Source: a virus. Taken from it: a stretch of 64,000 nt of DNA. The first letter of the stretch is position 1. Each line of letters begins with the position of its first letter. This document shows positions 48,412 to 57,731 of this stretch, in pieces. The notes beneath the pieces are model-generated. The model was not told where the DNA came from and ran no database searches. It was given only the letters and a program-made list of their open reading frames with translations. Made by a program: the position numbers and the translations under genes. The stretch spans positions 26,919 through 90,918 of the IMG/VR virus record IMGVR_UViG_3300008266_000018; one strand, written 5' to 3'.

Positions 48412-48993
48412 ATGTTAAAGATAAAAATCTGGATGCGCGGTACTATGGAATACAGTCGCGACACTATCGCTGGCCCTATGCCTGATCAAACTAAAGAAAT
48501 GTTTGAGGAAATGTTCATTGAAAGCGATGAATGTTATTCTGGGGGAGACGTTTATGAGACTTGTCCTTATTTTGATTTTGAGGATGGTAGAGATGATATA
48601 AAAGTATATCTAGGCGGTGACGAATACATTCAAAATCACGAAGAACCTTTCTTTGAAACATCAGATTGGAATCAATTTAAATTTGAAGAAGGTGGTGGTT
48701 GTAATTATGTACCGCAAGAACCCGACAATGTAGGCGAAGTAAATATTTGGTGGTCTCATGATATGAAATTTAATTATATTTATTATTGGAGTGAGATTAC
48801 AGAATTTGATCCTAAGAAACTAAGCATTCAATATGGAGTCGATCAACGTGGTAAAAAATATCTTGAAGATATAATGTATGATGGCGAATGCCCTGATGAT
48901 TATCATGATCATGGCGATACAGGATATGGATATGATGGCCCAGATTTTATCTATCATCCAGATCAAAAATTTGCTGAAGAGGAAGAAAACTGA
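48412..48993 (+). CDS. Acidic hypothetical protein
   Basis: Asp/Glu-rich ORF. Confidence 0.55.
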   Translation: MLKIKIWMRGTMEYSRDTIAGPMPDQTKEMFEEMFIESDECYSGGDVYETCPYFDFEDGRDDIKVYLGGDEYIQNHEEPFFETSDWNQFKFEEGGGCNYVPQEPDNVGEVNIWWSHDMKFNYIYYWSEITEFDPKKLSIQYGVDQRGKKYLEDIMYDGECPDDYHDHGDTGYGYDGPDFIYHPDQKFAEEEEN

Positions 48994-48999
48994 TATAAT

Positions 49000-49368
49000 A
49001 TGAGCATGAATCGCAAAGGTTTTTTTAAGACTCTATTCGGAGGCTTTGTTGCTGCCTCTGCCGCGCCATCTCTAGTTAAAGCAGCAGAGACTCCTCAACC
49101 GCCAAAAGATTTAGCACTCGGTAGAGAAGCTTTAAGAATTGACGAACATGGCAACGTTGGATTAGGAACTAATATGCCTACAACTAAACTCCATGTTGAA
49201 GGTATTATTTTTCATATTAATGATCGAATGTTAGAAATGGCAGGAGATGAGAATGGTAATTTTAAAATAAAATGGTTAAATCCGAAAGAAAACGAAACCG
49301 CTAACACTATCGTAATCCATAAACCAAAGGATGATCCGTGGAAGATGAATTTGAAGCGGATCAGCTAA
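49000..49368 (+). CDS. Tat-signal-like exported protein
   Basis: MNRKGFFK..AxA; RIDEHGNVGLGT..P..KLHV. Confidence 0.55.
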   Translation: MSMNRKGFFKTLFGGFVAASAAPSLVKAAETPQPPKDLALGREALRIDEHGNVGLGTNMPTTKLHVEGIIFHINDRMLEMAGDENGNFKIKWLNPKENETANTIVIHKPKDDPWKMNLKRIS

Positions 49369-49503
49369 CTCTTGACGAGATAAGTCAGGGCTGGCATTAT
49401 TGTTATACTTGGAAAGGGTTGCTAATTGGTCCCGGCGATCCTAAAATGGATAACTGTAAATGCAAGATAGATAAAAGAACTCACAACACTTTACGAAAGA
49501 AAA

Positions 49504-50274
49504 ATGACATTCGACAGTCATAAGAAAAAAATAGTATTGCTTTCTGATCTTCACAATAACATTGAGAAGTTCAATAAGATTATTCAACACGAATCGGCGG
49601 ACATAAATATTTGTCTTGGAGATTGGTTTGATAGTTTTTATTTGGATGATTCTGATGATTATAAAAAGACTGCTGATTATTTGATGCGATATCTATCTGC
49701 GCCAAATAATTACACTCTTTTTGGCAATCATGATTTGCATTATTTATTCAATAATCATTATACTATTTGCAGTGGATATGAGGACAGGAAGTATTTTGCT
49801 ATCGATGAAATTCTAGGATCTGAACGTCAAAATATTACTAATAAATTTAAATGGCGCGTTTGGGTTGATGGTATTCTTTGTACTCATGCTGGACTATTTT
49901 CTGATTACATAGATCCATCTATTAAAAATAATGATGATTTAAGTCTTTTTCTTGTGAAAGAAGTAGAACGTGCAAATATTGCCGTGCGAACAGATCAAAA
50001 TCATTGGTTTTATTATGCTGGCCGAAGTCGAGGTGGCCCTAAAAAAGCTGGAGGAATTGTGTGGCTAGATTTTAAACAAGAGTTTCAGCCTGTTGAAGGA
50101 TTAAAACAAATTGTTGGTCACACTTATCATAAAAATGGTAAAGTTAATCCTCACCATTTAGACGGCAGCGTTAATCCCGCAGATTGCGACAATCTTTGTA
50201 TTGACAACGGATTAAATGAGTATATTGTAGTCAGCAACGGTAAGTTGGAAATAAAGAAATTTTTAGATATATGA
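49504..50274 (+). CDS. Calcineurin-like metallophosphoesterase
   Basis: SDLH, LGDWFD, GNHD, THAG, VGHT. Confidence 0.9.
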   Translation: MTFDSHKKKIVLLSDLHNNIEKFNKIIQHESADINICLGDWFDSFYLDDSDDYKKTADYLMRYLSAPNNYTLFGNHDLHYLFNNHYTICSGYEDRKYFAIDEILGSERQNITNKFKWRVWVDGILCTHAGLFSDYIDPSIKNNDDLSLFLVKEVERANIAVRTDQNHWFYYAGRSRGGPKKAGGIVWLDFKQEFQPVEGLKQIVGHTYHKNGKVNPHHLDGSVNPADCDNLCIDNGLNEYIVVSNGKLEIKKFLDI

Positions 50275-50912
50275 ATGTTAAACTAGTAGCCGTAACTTCA
50301 CCAAAAATTGAAGGATTAAATAATGCCGAAGATATTGTATCGTATTGCGCGAGAGTAAGTAATCCATCTAATCAGATGAATACTGAAACCGCGCCAAGAC
50401 TTCTTAAATATCTAATTAAGCATCAACATTGGAGTCCATTTGAAATGGCAAGTGTAACAGTCGAAATTGTTACGAGCAGAGCTATTGCCGCGCAAATTCT
50501 AAGGCACAGATCTTTTGCTTTCCAAGAATTCAGTCAAAGATATAGCGTAGCTACAAAGCTAGAAGATATTCAATGGCGAATGCAAGGTAAAACTAATAGG
50601 CAAGTTGGTGATGCTGAAGTAGATTTGTCGCCAGAAAAAATTGAATTAGTCAATAATGCACTTAACAGCAGTCTCAAAGCGTATGATTCATTAATTGAAG
50701 CTGGCGTTGCTAAAGAATGCGCTAGAATGGTATTGCCATTAACTACGCAGACCACTATGTACATGACTGGCACACTTCGCAGTTGGATTCATTATATTGA
50801 ATTGAGAGCGAAGGAAGATACGCAAAAGGAGCATAGAGAAATTGCAGTAGGTATTAAGAATATATTCATTAATGAGTTTCCTGTCATTAGCGAAGCTTTA
50901 AGCTGGATTTAA
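50271..50912 (+). CDS. thyX: Flavin-dependent thymidylate synthase
   Basis: HWSPFE, QILRHRSF.FQEFSQRY, KECARMVLP, TQKEHR. Confidence 0.95.
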   Translation: MNVKLVAVTSPKIEGLNNAEDIVSYCARVSNPSNQMNTETAPRLLKYLIKHQHWSPFEMASVTVEIVTSRAIAAQILRHRSFAFQEFSQRYSVATKLEDIQWRMQGKTNRQVGDAEVDLSPEKIELVNNALNSSLKAYDSLIEAGVAKECARMVLPLTTQTTMYMTGTLRSWIHYIELRAKEDTQKEHREIAVGIKNIFINEFPVISEALSWI

Positions 50913-50920
50913 AATCAATT

Positions 50921-51298
50921 ATGATATCTAAATATAATATATTCTTAGATGATGTAAGAATTCCTACTCAAGTTTATTGGGCGGAAATTCCTAAAGATCA
51001 GCATTATTCTGTAGTTCGCAACTTTAATGAATTTGTGGATCTCATTAGTCTTAGAGGTTTGCCTAAATTTGTTTGTTACGATCACGATCTTTCGACGGAA
51101 CATTATCATGATGTTGGCAAGGTATCAATGAACTACGATAATTATAAAGAGAAAACTGGTTATGATTGCGCCAAATGGTTAGTATCTTATTGTATTGAAA
51201 AAAATATTAAACATCCACCTTATGTTGTGCATAGTTTAAATCCTATTGGTAAACAAAACATTGAATCATATATTAACTCTTATAATAAAACGCTATGA
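50921..51298 (+). CDS. Receiver-like protein (cyclic-phosphate-processing type)
   Basis: FLDDVR, DHDL, TGYDCAKWL, HSLNPIG. Confidence 0.75.
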   Translation: MISKYNIFLDDVRIPTQVYWAEIPKDQHYSVVRNFNEFVDLISLRGLPKFVCYDHDLSTEHYHDVGKVSMNYDNYKEKTGYDCAKWLVSYCIEKNIKHPPYVVHSLNPIGKQNIESYINSYNKTL

Positions 51299-51963
51299 GT
51301 TATCAAATGGAATTTGATTTCGAAACGCCAGAACAAAAAGAAAAACGTTTTAAAGCATTGCAAAAACAAGATTTAGAATTTGATAAACTGTTTGGAGCGG
51401 ATGGCGATTATTATACATATAATAAATATATAGATAATCTTATCGATTTTCTTCCTTATAGACTTGGATGGGGATTTAAGCATAACTGGAGCGATTTGCG
51501 TTGGTGGATAAAATGCAAGTATCAGAAGTTGCGGTATGGAGTTTCTGATGATGATGTTTTTTCTTTAGAAACTAATATCGCTAAATATATTGCGCCGCGT
51601 TTGCAATATTTTAAAAAGAAAGGCAAGTATGGAATTCCTATGAAATTTTTGCCTAGTAATTATTCATATCTTAACGAAGAAGATCGTGAAAAAGCAGAAA
51701 AAATTGGCGAACAAGAAATGAATCGGATTTTAGATGAAATGATTTTTGCTTTTGATTATACAATTAACCCTGATAAATACGTTCCATTTCCTGAAGAGTC
51801 AATGAAATGGGATCTTAAAGATAAAAATTACTTTAATAGAGAAAAAACTATTGAAGAAAAGGTTGCTTGGGACGATTATATAAAGAAGTGCGAACAACAT
51901 GATACTCGCAAAAAACAAGGTCTGCAATTATTTGTAGATCACATAGATATTCTCTGGTTATGA
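51295..51963 (+). CDS. Phage hypothetical protein
   Basis: LDEMIFAF...GLQLF..LW. Confidence 0.65.
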   Translation: MSYQMEFDFETPEQKEKRFKALQKQDLEFDKLFGADGDYYTYNKYIDNLIDFLPYRLGWGFKHNWSDLRWWIKCKYQKLRYGVSDDDVFSLETNIAKYIAPRLQYFKKKGKYGIPMKFLPSNYSYLNEEDREKAEKIGEQEMNRILDEMIFAFDYTINPDKYVPFPEESMKWDLKDKNYFNREKTIEEKVAWDDYIKKCEQHDTRKKQGLQLFVDHIDILWL

Positions 51964-52154
51964 AGTTTACAACTGAACAATATAATCTTATCTGTCAAAC
52001 TCGCGATGAAATAAGAGCTTTGAACAATAGGCAGCATACTTTATACAATAATCTATTAAAAGAATTAAATATAAGTATTTATGCCGAAGATTGGATGTTT
52101 GATTATATTTATAATGAAAGCGGCTCAATCGACGATATAGAAGCGAGGATGTAA
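51960..52154 (+). CDS. Hypothetical protein
   Basis: Translationally coupled ORF. Confidence 0.5.
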   Translation: MKFTTEQYNLICQTRDEIRALNNRQHTLYNNLLKELNISIYAEDWMFDYIYNESGSIDDIEARM

Positions 52155-52513
52155 TGGACTTAACTTCAGCAATAATAGGCCATCTTGTAGCAGATTATCT
52201 TCTGCAATTCGATTTTATTGCTGAGAATAAGAAAAAGAGTAGTCTTATTTGCGTTCTTCATTGTTTAATTTGGGCGAGTTGTGTTTGTTTATTGGGTGAT
52301 ATATGGAACGTTACCGTTTTCAATGTTTTATTTATAACACATTACATACAAGATCGCTGGCAATTGATACCTTGGTATATGAAAACTATTGGACAAAACA
52401 ATTTTACAAAGCCGCCTCTTGCTCCGTGGTCATTAATTGTCGTTGATAATGTCTGGCATATTTTTACAATATGGATAGTGTATAAGTTATGCATGAACCA
52501 AGTTTTTATTTAA
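52154..52513 (+). CDS. DUF3307-like membrane protein
   Basis: HLVADYLLQ, H, THYIQD, DNVWH. Confidence 0.75.
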   Translation: MDLTSAIIGHLVADYLLQFDFIAENKKKSSLICVLHCLIWASCVCLLGDIWNVTVFNVLFITHYIQDRWQLIPWYMKTIGQNNFTKPPLAPWSLIVVDNVWHIFTIWIVYKLCMNQVFI

Positions 52514-52663
52514 GTTTAGATCTTCCTAAGAATTTTACTAGAGAAGACGCTGAAAAGATTCGTAAAGATGTGCTTGACTTCCTTGAAGGCAAGCGTCATT
52601 ATGGTGCGAAATACGATGGCAAAAATGGAATAACCGTTAAAGTCATCAGCGTATCTACAAATC

Positions 52664-52834
52664 ATGATTGAAAAATCTATCGAACGTCTTCGCGCATACA
52701 ACGAATGGCGCACTGGAAAAGATAATCGCACAATGGATGAAGCGGGTATTAAGCCGCGCCAAGTTACCGAAGATATTGAAAATATCTGCAATGAACTAGA
52801 AAAACTAATTAAAATGTATGCAAGTAGTAATTAA
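52664..52834 (+). CDS. Hypothetical protein (not in ORF track)
   Basis: MIEKSIERLRAYNEWRTG..., 56 aa. Confidence 0.55.
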   Translation: MIEKSIERLRAYNEWRTGKDNRTMDEAGIKPRQVTEDIENICNELEKLIKMYASSN

Positions 52835-53108
52835 CCTTTCAGGAACTTTTTCTATTAGCTCCGAAGCTGTAGAATTTATAAAAAAGAAAATAAAAGACAA
52901 GAACGCCAAAAAAACAATTGGCCCTTATTCATTCGATAATGATCGAACTAATTATCTTTTAATTGAAGCAGTAAAAAAACTAAAAAAGAAAGCGAATGGA
53001 ATTGATGCAGATTTAAAAATCGTAGAGATTCCAGATGATATCGAATGGTCTATTTTCGGTTGTTCTGGTAGCGAGTGGATTGGAGAAAAACATAGAACTT
53101 GGCGATGA
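52818..53108 (+). CDS. Phage hypothetical protein
   Basis: LKIVEIPDD.EW...G.EWI.EKHRTW. Confidence 0.65.
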   Translation: MQVVINLSGTFSISSEAVEFIKKKIKDKNAKKTIGPYSFDNDRTNYLLIEAVKKLKKKANGIDADLKIVEIPDDIEWSIFGCSGSEWIGEKHRTWR

Positions 53109-53498
53109 ATGAAGCCGCGAATATTGAAACGGGCAGTTGAAACTGCTCGCGCTCTTTGTCCTACTAATTGGAAGAATGTAAATAATTCTCATATAGCTTT
53201 TCTTGTTAGAAAGAATAAGATTATAAAAATTGGCTGGAACAGAAAAAGAACTCATCCTGAAATTGTCAAACATCCATATCATGATGGATATGTCGGCACT
53301 CATGCTGAACTTGATGTTATTTTAAAGTCTGGGCTTGACGATCTTGAAGATCATTCTATGATCGTGTTAAGAATAGACAGAAATGGTAAATTGAATAACA
53401 GCAAGCCGTGTTCAGGTTGCCGCAGCGTGTTAAATCAATTTAACGTAAAAAATATTTTTTATTCTAATTCCGAAGGTAATATAGTAAAATATGACTAA
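53109..53498 (+). CDS. Zn-dependent cytidine-deaminase-fold protein
   Basis: THAELD, SKPCSGC. Confidence 0.8.
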   Translation: MKPRILKRAVETARALCPTNWKNVNNSHIAFLVRKNKIIKIGWNRKRTHPEIVKHPYHDGYVGTHAELDVILKSGLDDLEDHSMIVLRIDRNGKLNNSKPCSGCRSVLNQFNVKNIFYSNSEGNIVKYD

Positions 53499-53914
53499 CA
53501 CTTCTATATCAGAATTTGAGAGAACAAAGCCCACCGAAACTTATAAAAAGATCGCGCAGCTTGAAAAATTAATCAAAGAAGAACAAATAAAGACAGAAAA
53601 TCTATATTCTAATAGAATTGCTACGCTTGACAAGATGTTAAAGCATACGCAAGATTTAATGGAAACATTTAAAAAAGGAGAATAAAATGCAAAAAGATTT
53701 ATACATGAAGAATCCTAATGAGAAGATAGTTGTCCAAAGCGACGATCTTAAGTACGACGGAAAGAATATTATTATTCCAAGTTATTATGCAGGTGTCATT
53801 TCTGATTATTTAGCAAACGTAGACACGCAAGCCATGAATGACGCAGATAAGCATGACTTTATGGCGTTCTCTAGTTTTTTTGAAGCGATTCTTGATTATA
53901 AAAACAATAAATAA
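53491..53914 (+). CDS. Two small hypothetical proteins (53491-53685, 53687-53914)
   Basis: Tandem ORFs. Confidence 0.5.
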
Positions 53915-53916
53915 TT

Positions 53917-54504
53917 ATGGGAATGTACGATACTATTATTTGTAAGTGTTGGCTACCAATGCCAGACGAACCAAAAGGTTATACTGGCTCACATGATTTT
54001 CAGACTAAAGATCTTGATCTAGCTCTTTCATCATACGATATTGATGAAAATGGTCAATTATTTATTCATCGATATGAAGGTGAATGGATTGAAGGAAATA
54101 AAAATTCCGAAAGTTTATTCGGAAGAATGGGTCATTTTAAAACTACTAAGAGATGGCTTGAAGAATTAAATATCACTACTACTATTGTATTTTATGATTA
54201 TCAGCATTCACAAAATACTGATTATGATTATTTTATAGAATACGAAACAGTATTTATTGATGGCAAAATGACTTCAGCAAAATTAATTAACTTTGAAGCT
54301 AAAGACAATGCCGAAAGAAAAAAAAGGGACATTGAGTTTGATGAAAAGCTAAAGCGACATCATGAGTTTATAAATACTTGGAAGTATAAGTATTTTGTAA
54401 AGCCATACAATAGAAGTATTAGTTATATATTTCGTAAATCTAGCAAGGCTTTTTATAACCTATCCTATATCTTGAATAGAATAGAAATTAAAATTAAATT
54501 ATGA
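53917..54504 (+). CDS. Phage hypothetical protein
   Basis: MGMYD...FQTKDL...F.DG. Confidence 0.65.
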   Translation: MGMYDTIICKCWLPMPDEPKGYTGSHDFQTKDLDLALSSYDIDENGQLFIHRYEGEWIEGNKNSESLFGRMGHFKTTKRWLEELNITTTIVFYDYQHSQNTDYDYFIEYETVFIDGKMTSAKLINFEAKDNAERKKRDIEFDEKLKRHHEFINTWKYKYFVKPYNRSISYIFRKSSKAFYNLSYILNRIEIKIKL

Positions 54505-54770
54505 AGTTTAAGAATTTTGAGGGTGTTGAATATACAGTTAATTATAATAAACCATTAGGGCGGCAAAACGCTTCTGGTTTATGTGATTCACCTGATACAG
54601 AATACCCTCAAATTCATGTTGATCCAAGATTGCTGACTCGCCGCAAGCTTAACGTATTAATAGAAGAAGTCTTTCACGCTCATCTTTTTGATTTACCAGA
54701 AAGAAAAGCTAGAAAGTTCGCGGCTAATTTAGGTAAGTTAATTTACGCGCAGTTTCTAAAAAAGAACTAA
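54501..54770 (+). CDS. Minimal zincin-like protein
   Basis: GLCD..I.VD..LIEEVFHA (HExxH variant). Confidence 0.5.
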   Translation: MKFKNFEGVEYTVNYNKPLGRQNASGLCDSPDTEYPQIHVDPRLLTRRKLNVLIEEVFHAHLFDLPERKARKFAANLGKLIYAQFLKKN

Positions 54771-55474
54771 GTTAACTGTGGATAATTCCACATGTTAGAC
54801 CAATAAGGATCGTTTTCCCAACAATAACTTACTGATCCATTAGTCCTCAGTAGCTTGAATCTAAAATCATGCTTCTGGGGATTTATTTTATTCTTATCAG
54901 CAATAGCTTTGAATAATATTTCATAATGAAATATGCCGTTGTTATAAAAATGCTCATCAACAAAAGAGAATCTATTATCAACAATATTCATATTTTTACT
55001 GTTAGAGAAATAAACTCTATCATTATAACCAAACCAAGCGTCATGCTTGAATACATGAAGTTTATTTAAATCTAATGCAGCGACTTCTGGAAATATCGCA
55101 TCAGGTTCAACTAAAATATCAGGTCGAAGACGAATTACACAATCATAAATAAAGTCATTTTCTTTTTCATGCTTATTTTTAATATCATTACATCTATTAA
55201 GACAATAAGTTTGGCGCAATAATCCTTGAACATTTACTTCAGGACGCTTTCTTAAAGAATACATCTTTTCAGCAAAAGTTTTTCTTGGTTCAATAACTAT
55301 GTCCTTCAAATTTAATTGATTTAAATATTTTAATTTAGACTTATCTGGATCGTCATCCCAAGCGAAATAAAATGCGTCATATTCTCCTAATTTAGGCAAT
55401 ATCTTTTCTTTCCATCCGTCAATACATTTATCTATACTTCTTAATTCTCCGCTTAAACAAATTGCAGTTTTCAC
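54767..55474 (-). CDS. Putative glycosyltransferase-like protein
   Basis: AICLSGELR, YDCVIRLRPD, NDR; paralog of 7423-8088. Start approximate, at the GTG of VKTAIC. Confidence 0.65.
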   Translation of the reverse strand: MKTAICLSGELRSIDKCIDGWKEKILPKLGEYDAFYFAWDDDPDKSKLKYLNQLNLKDIVIEPRKTFAEKMYSLRKRPEVNVQGLLRQTYCLNRCNDIKNKHEKENDFIYDCVIRLRPDILVEPDAIFPEVAALDLNKLHVFKHDAWFGYNDRVYFSNSKNMNIVDNRFSFVDEHFYNNGIFHYEILFKAIADKNKINPQKHDFRFKLLRTNGSVSYCWENDPYWSNMWNYPQLT

Positions 55475-55498
55475 TTTATTATCATACAATAAAAACGA

Positions 55499-56233
55499 AT
55501 GAAGCCAAAGATTTACTTCCCAGTTATATGTTATAATCATAATGTTTTGGTGCATTATATGTTCAGCGTTATGAGACTATGCAATGATTGCATGGTTAAA
55601 GATATATCTATTGGATTTGATTGTATTTATTTTGACAGCTTAATAGCTAGAGCTAGAAATGCAGCGATAGCAGGATTTTTAAATCAAAAAGATTCGACGC
55701 ATCTTTTATTTGTAGATACAGATATAAATTTTAAAAGTGAAGATGTTTTTAAAATGCTTGAAAGAGACAAAGAAGTAGTTTGCGGACTATATCCTAAAAA
55801 ATATATTTCAAAAACTAAACTTAATTATGTTGCAAAGATGAATAAAGAATTGCCAAATAACTACGAATCTCTATGTACTGACTTTTCATCTGAATTATTA
55901 AACAATGCCGAAAAAGCGAAATATGCCGCGACGGGATTTATGTTGATTAAAAAAGAAGCTATTCTAAAGATTATCGAAAAGTTCCCAAATATAAAGTATA
56001 AGAACGATATTGACGCTTATCACCAATACGGAGATAACTTTTATAATCTATTTCCATGCGAAATTAATCCAGAAACAAAGAAGTATGAAAGCGAAGACTA
56101 CGGATTTTCAAGACTTTGGCGCGAAACTGGAGGAGAAATTTTTGTTGAAAAGTCTGCGGAATTAATTCATTATGGATGGAAAGGTTATTCGGGAAACATA
56201 AACGAGCAAATAAACTACTTTAATAAAAAATGA
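55499..56233 (+). CDS. GT-A glycosyltransferase-like protein
   Basis: SLIARARN, THLLFVDTD, ATGFMLI, SEDYGF, H.G. Confidence 0.75.
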   Translation: MKPKIYFPVICYNHNVLVHYMFSVMRLCNDCMVKDISIGFDCIYFDSLIARARNAAIAGFLNQKDSTHLLFVDTDINFKSEDVFKMLERDKEVVCGLYPKKYISKTKLNYVAKMNKELPNNYESLCTDFSSELLNNAEKAKYAATGFMLIKKEAILKIIEKFPNIKYKNDIDAYHQYGDNFYNLFPCEINPETKKYESEDYGFSRLWRETGGEIFVEKSAELIHYGWKGYSGNINEQINYFNKK

Positions 56234-56326
56234 TAACTCTAAAGAAGTCTAAAATCTCAGCTAAAGGTTCTGCCGCGATAAATATTTTGAAATTTCGCTA
56301 TCTGTTCTGTAATATAGAACGAAGCG

Positions 56327-56500
56327 ATGATAGACAAAGAAAAGACAATCTTAGTTTTGTTGAATCAAACTATAGAGGAATCTATAAAGTTAGATCTTCG
56401 CAATAGAGTCGAAAAAGCTAGAAAAGGCGAATTTGATGAAGGCGGAGATAGCATCGTAACGCATAATTTAAAAATGTTAAAAGAATTAATTCTTTCATAA
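56327..56500 (+). CDS. Hypothetical protein (not in ORF track)
   Basis: 57-aa ORF filling the gap. Confidence 0.45.
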   Translation: MIDKEKTILVLLNQTIEESIKLDLRNRVEKARKGEFDEGGDSIVTHNLKMLKELILS

Positions 56501-56501
56501 A

Positions 56502-56657
56502 ATGCTACACAGATATAAAAAAGAACAAGCTTGCCCATATTGCGGCTTGATGACAAAAGATTTCTTCGAAACAGAAGACTCTACGTTAGTTTGTAGAGAT
56601 TGCTTTGAAGAAGAAAATAACGATAGTTATAACGATTACCAAGAAGAAAGAGATTAA
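56502..56657 (+). CDS. Small Zn-ribbon protein (not in ORF track)
   Basis: CPYC...CRDC, 51 aa. Confidence 0.55.
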   Translation: MLHRYKKEQACPYCGLMTKDFFETEDSTLVCRDCFEEENNDSYNDYQEERD

Positions 56658-56858
56658 ATGGCCCATTTAGTTCCATTAAGAGCTTTAGACGTAAAACACG
56701 ATAACGGTAAAGCTTACGATACTATATTATTTAATTTAGATAATGTAATTAGTATTGAAAAAAGCTATGTTCATTCTATTATTTATACTGATCACAATCC
56801 AAGAGGTATTAGAGTAATGGAGTCTTTAGATGAAATTCTTGAATTAGCTAAAAAATGA
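56658..56858 (+). CDS. Small hypothetical protein (FlbD-like ending)
   Basis: N.D.VISIE...VMESLDEI. Confidence 0.55.
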   Translation: MAHLVPLRALDVKHDNGKAYDTILFNLDNVISIEKSYVHSIIYTDHNPRGIRVMESLDEILELAKK

Positions 56859-57508
56859 ATTTAGTTGTTTGTATACCGGGGAATAACTTTTCCGAAATAT
56901 TTCTAGGAAGTATTTTAAATTTTCAACGTATATGCTTTTCTAAAGGTATTAATGTTGTATTTTCTACAGGATATTCTCCCAATTTATATATTGTAAGAAA
57001 TATGGTTCTTGGAGGATCTGGAACCGCAGGAAACAATCAAAAGCCTTGGCAAGGAAAAGTCAGCTACGATTATATTCTTTGGGTAGACAGCGATATTATT
57101 TTTAATTTTGAACAGTTCGAAGAGCTATTAAACTCAAATAAGCAAATAACTTCTGGTCTTTATTATTTACATGATGAAAGGCGCAGATATTTTGCCGCGA
57201 TTAAGCATTGGGACGAAGATTATTATCTTAAAAATGGTACTTTTCAATGGCTATCTAATGAAGACATATCATCTTCTAAAGAGCTATTTAAGGTAGATCA
57301 CATCGGCATGGGATTCATGTTGATGAAAGCTGGAGTATTAGAGAATCTTCCTTATCCTTGGTTTAGGCCAATGATGGCTGAACTTCATGCAAATATAGAA
57401 ATTTGTACTGAGGATGTATCATTTTGTCATTTTATAGTTAAAAAAGGATTTAGTATTTGGGTCAATCCAAAAGTAATAGTTAAACACGAAAAAAGAATAC
57501 TGCTTTGA
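56855..57508 (+). CDS. GT-A glycosyltransferase-like protein
   Basis: YDYILWVDSD, GMGFMLM, YPWF, EDVSFC, HEK. Confidence 0.8.
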   Translation: MNLVVCIPGNNFSEIFLGSILNFQRICFSKGINVVFSTGYSPNLYIVRNMVLGGSGTAGNNQKPWQGKVSYDYILWVDSDIIFNFEQFEELLNSNKQITSGLYYLHDERRRYFAAIKHWDEDYYLKNGTFQWLSNEDISSSKELFKVDHIGMGFMLMKAGVLENLPYPWFRPMMAELHANIEICTEDVSFCHFIVKKGFSIWVNPKVIVKHEKRILL

Positions 57509-57699
57509 AAACAATAACCTGTAAATGTATTAAGTGCAACGAAGTCCAAACATACGATTCTTTCAAGGTCGCTTGGATGCAAGGTTGGGAGTTTTTAAAA
57601 GAAACAAAAAATAAAACTCAAGATATTCTTGGAGTTTGCCAGAATTGCCCTCCGTTGACGAAGGAAGAAGAAGTTGATTTCAGAGAAACTGTCGCTTGA
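57505..57699 (+). CDS. Small Zn-finger hypothetical protein
   Basis: CIKC...GW...CQNC. Confidence 0.5.
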   Translation: MKTITCKCIKCNEVQTYDSFKVAWMQGWEFLKETKNKTQDILGVCQNCPPLTKEEEVDFRETVA

Positions 57700-57724
57700 C
57701 AGGCTAAAATTTCTTTGCTAAGGT
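57696..57724 (+). promoter_or_regulatory. Sigma70-type promoter, near-leaderless
   Basis: TTGACA-17-TAAGGT; ATG 8 nt downstream. Confidence 0.65.
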
Positions 57725-57731
57725 CACGCCC

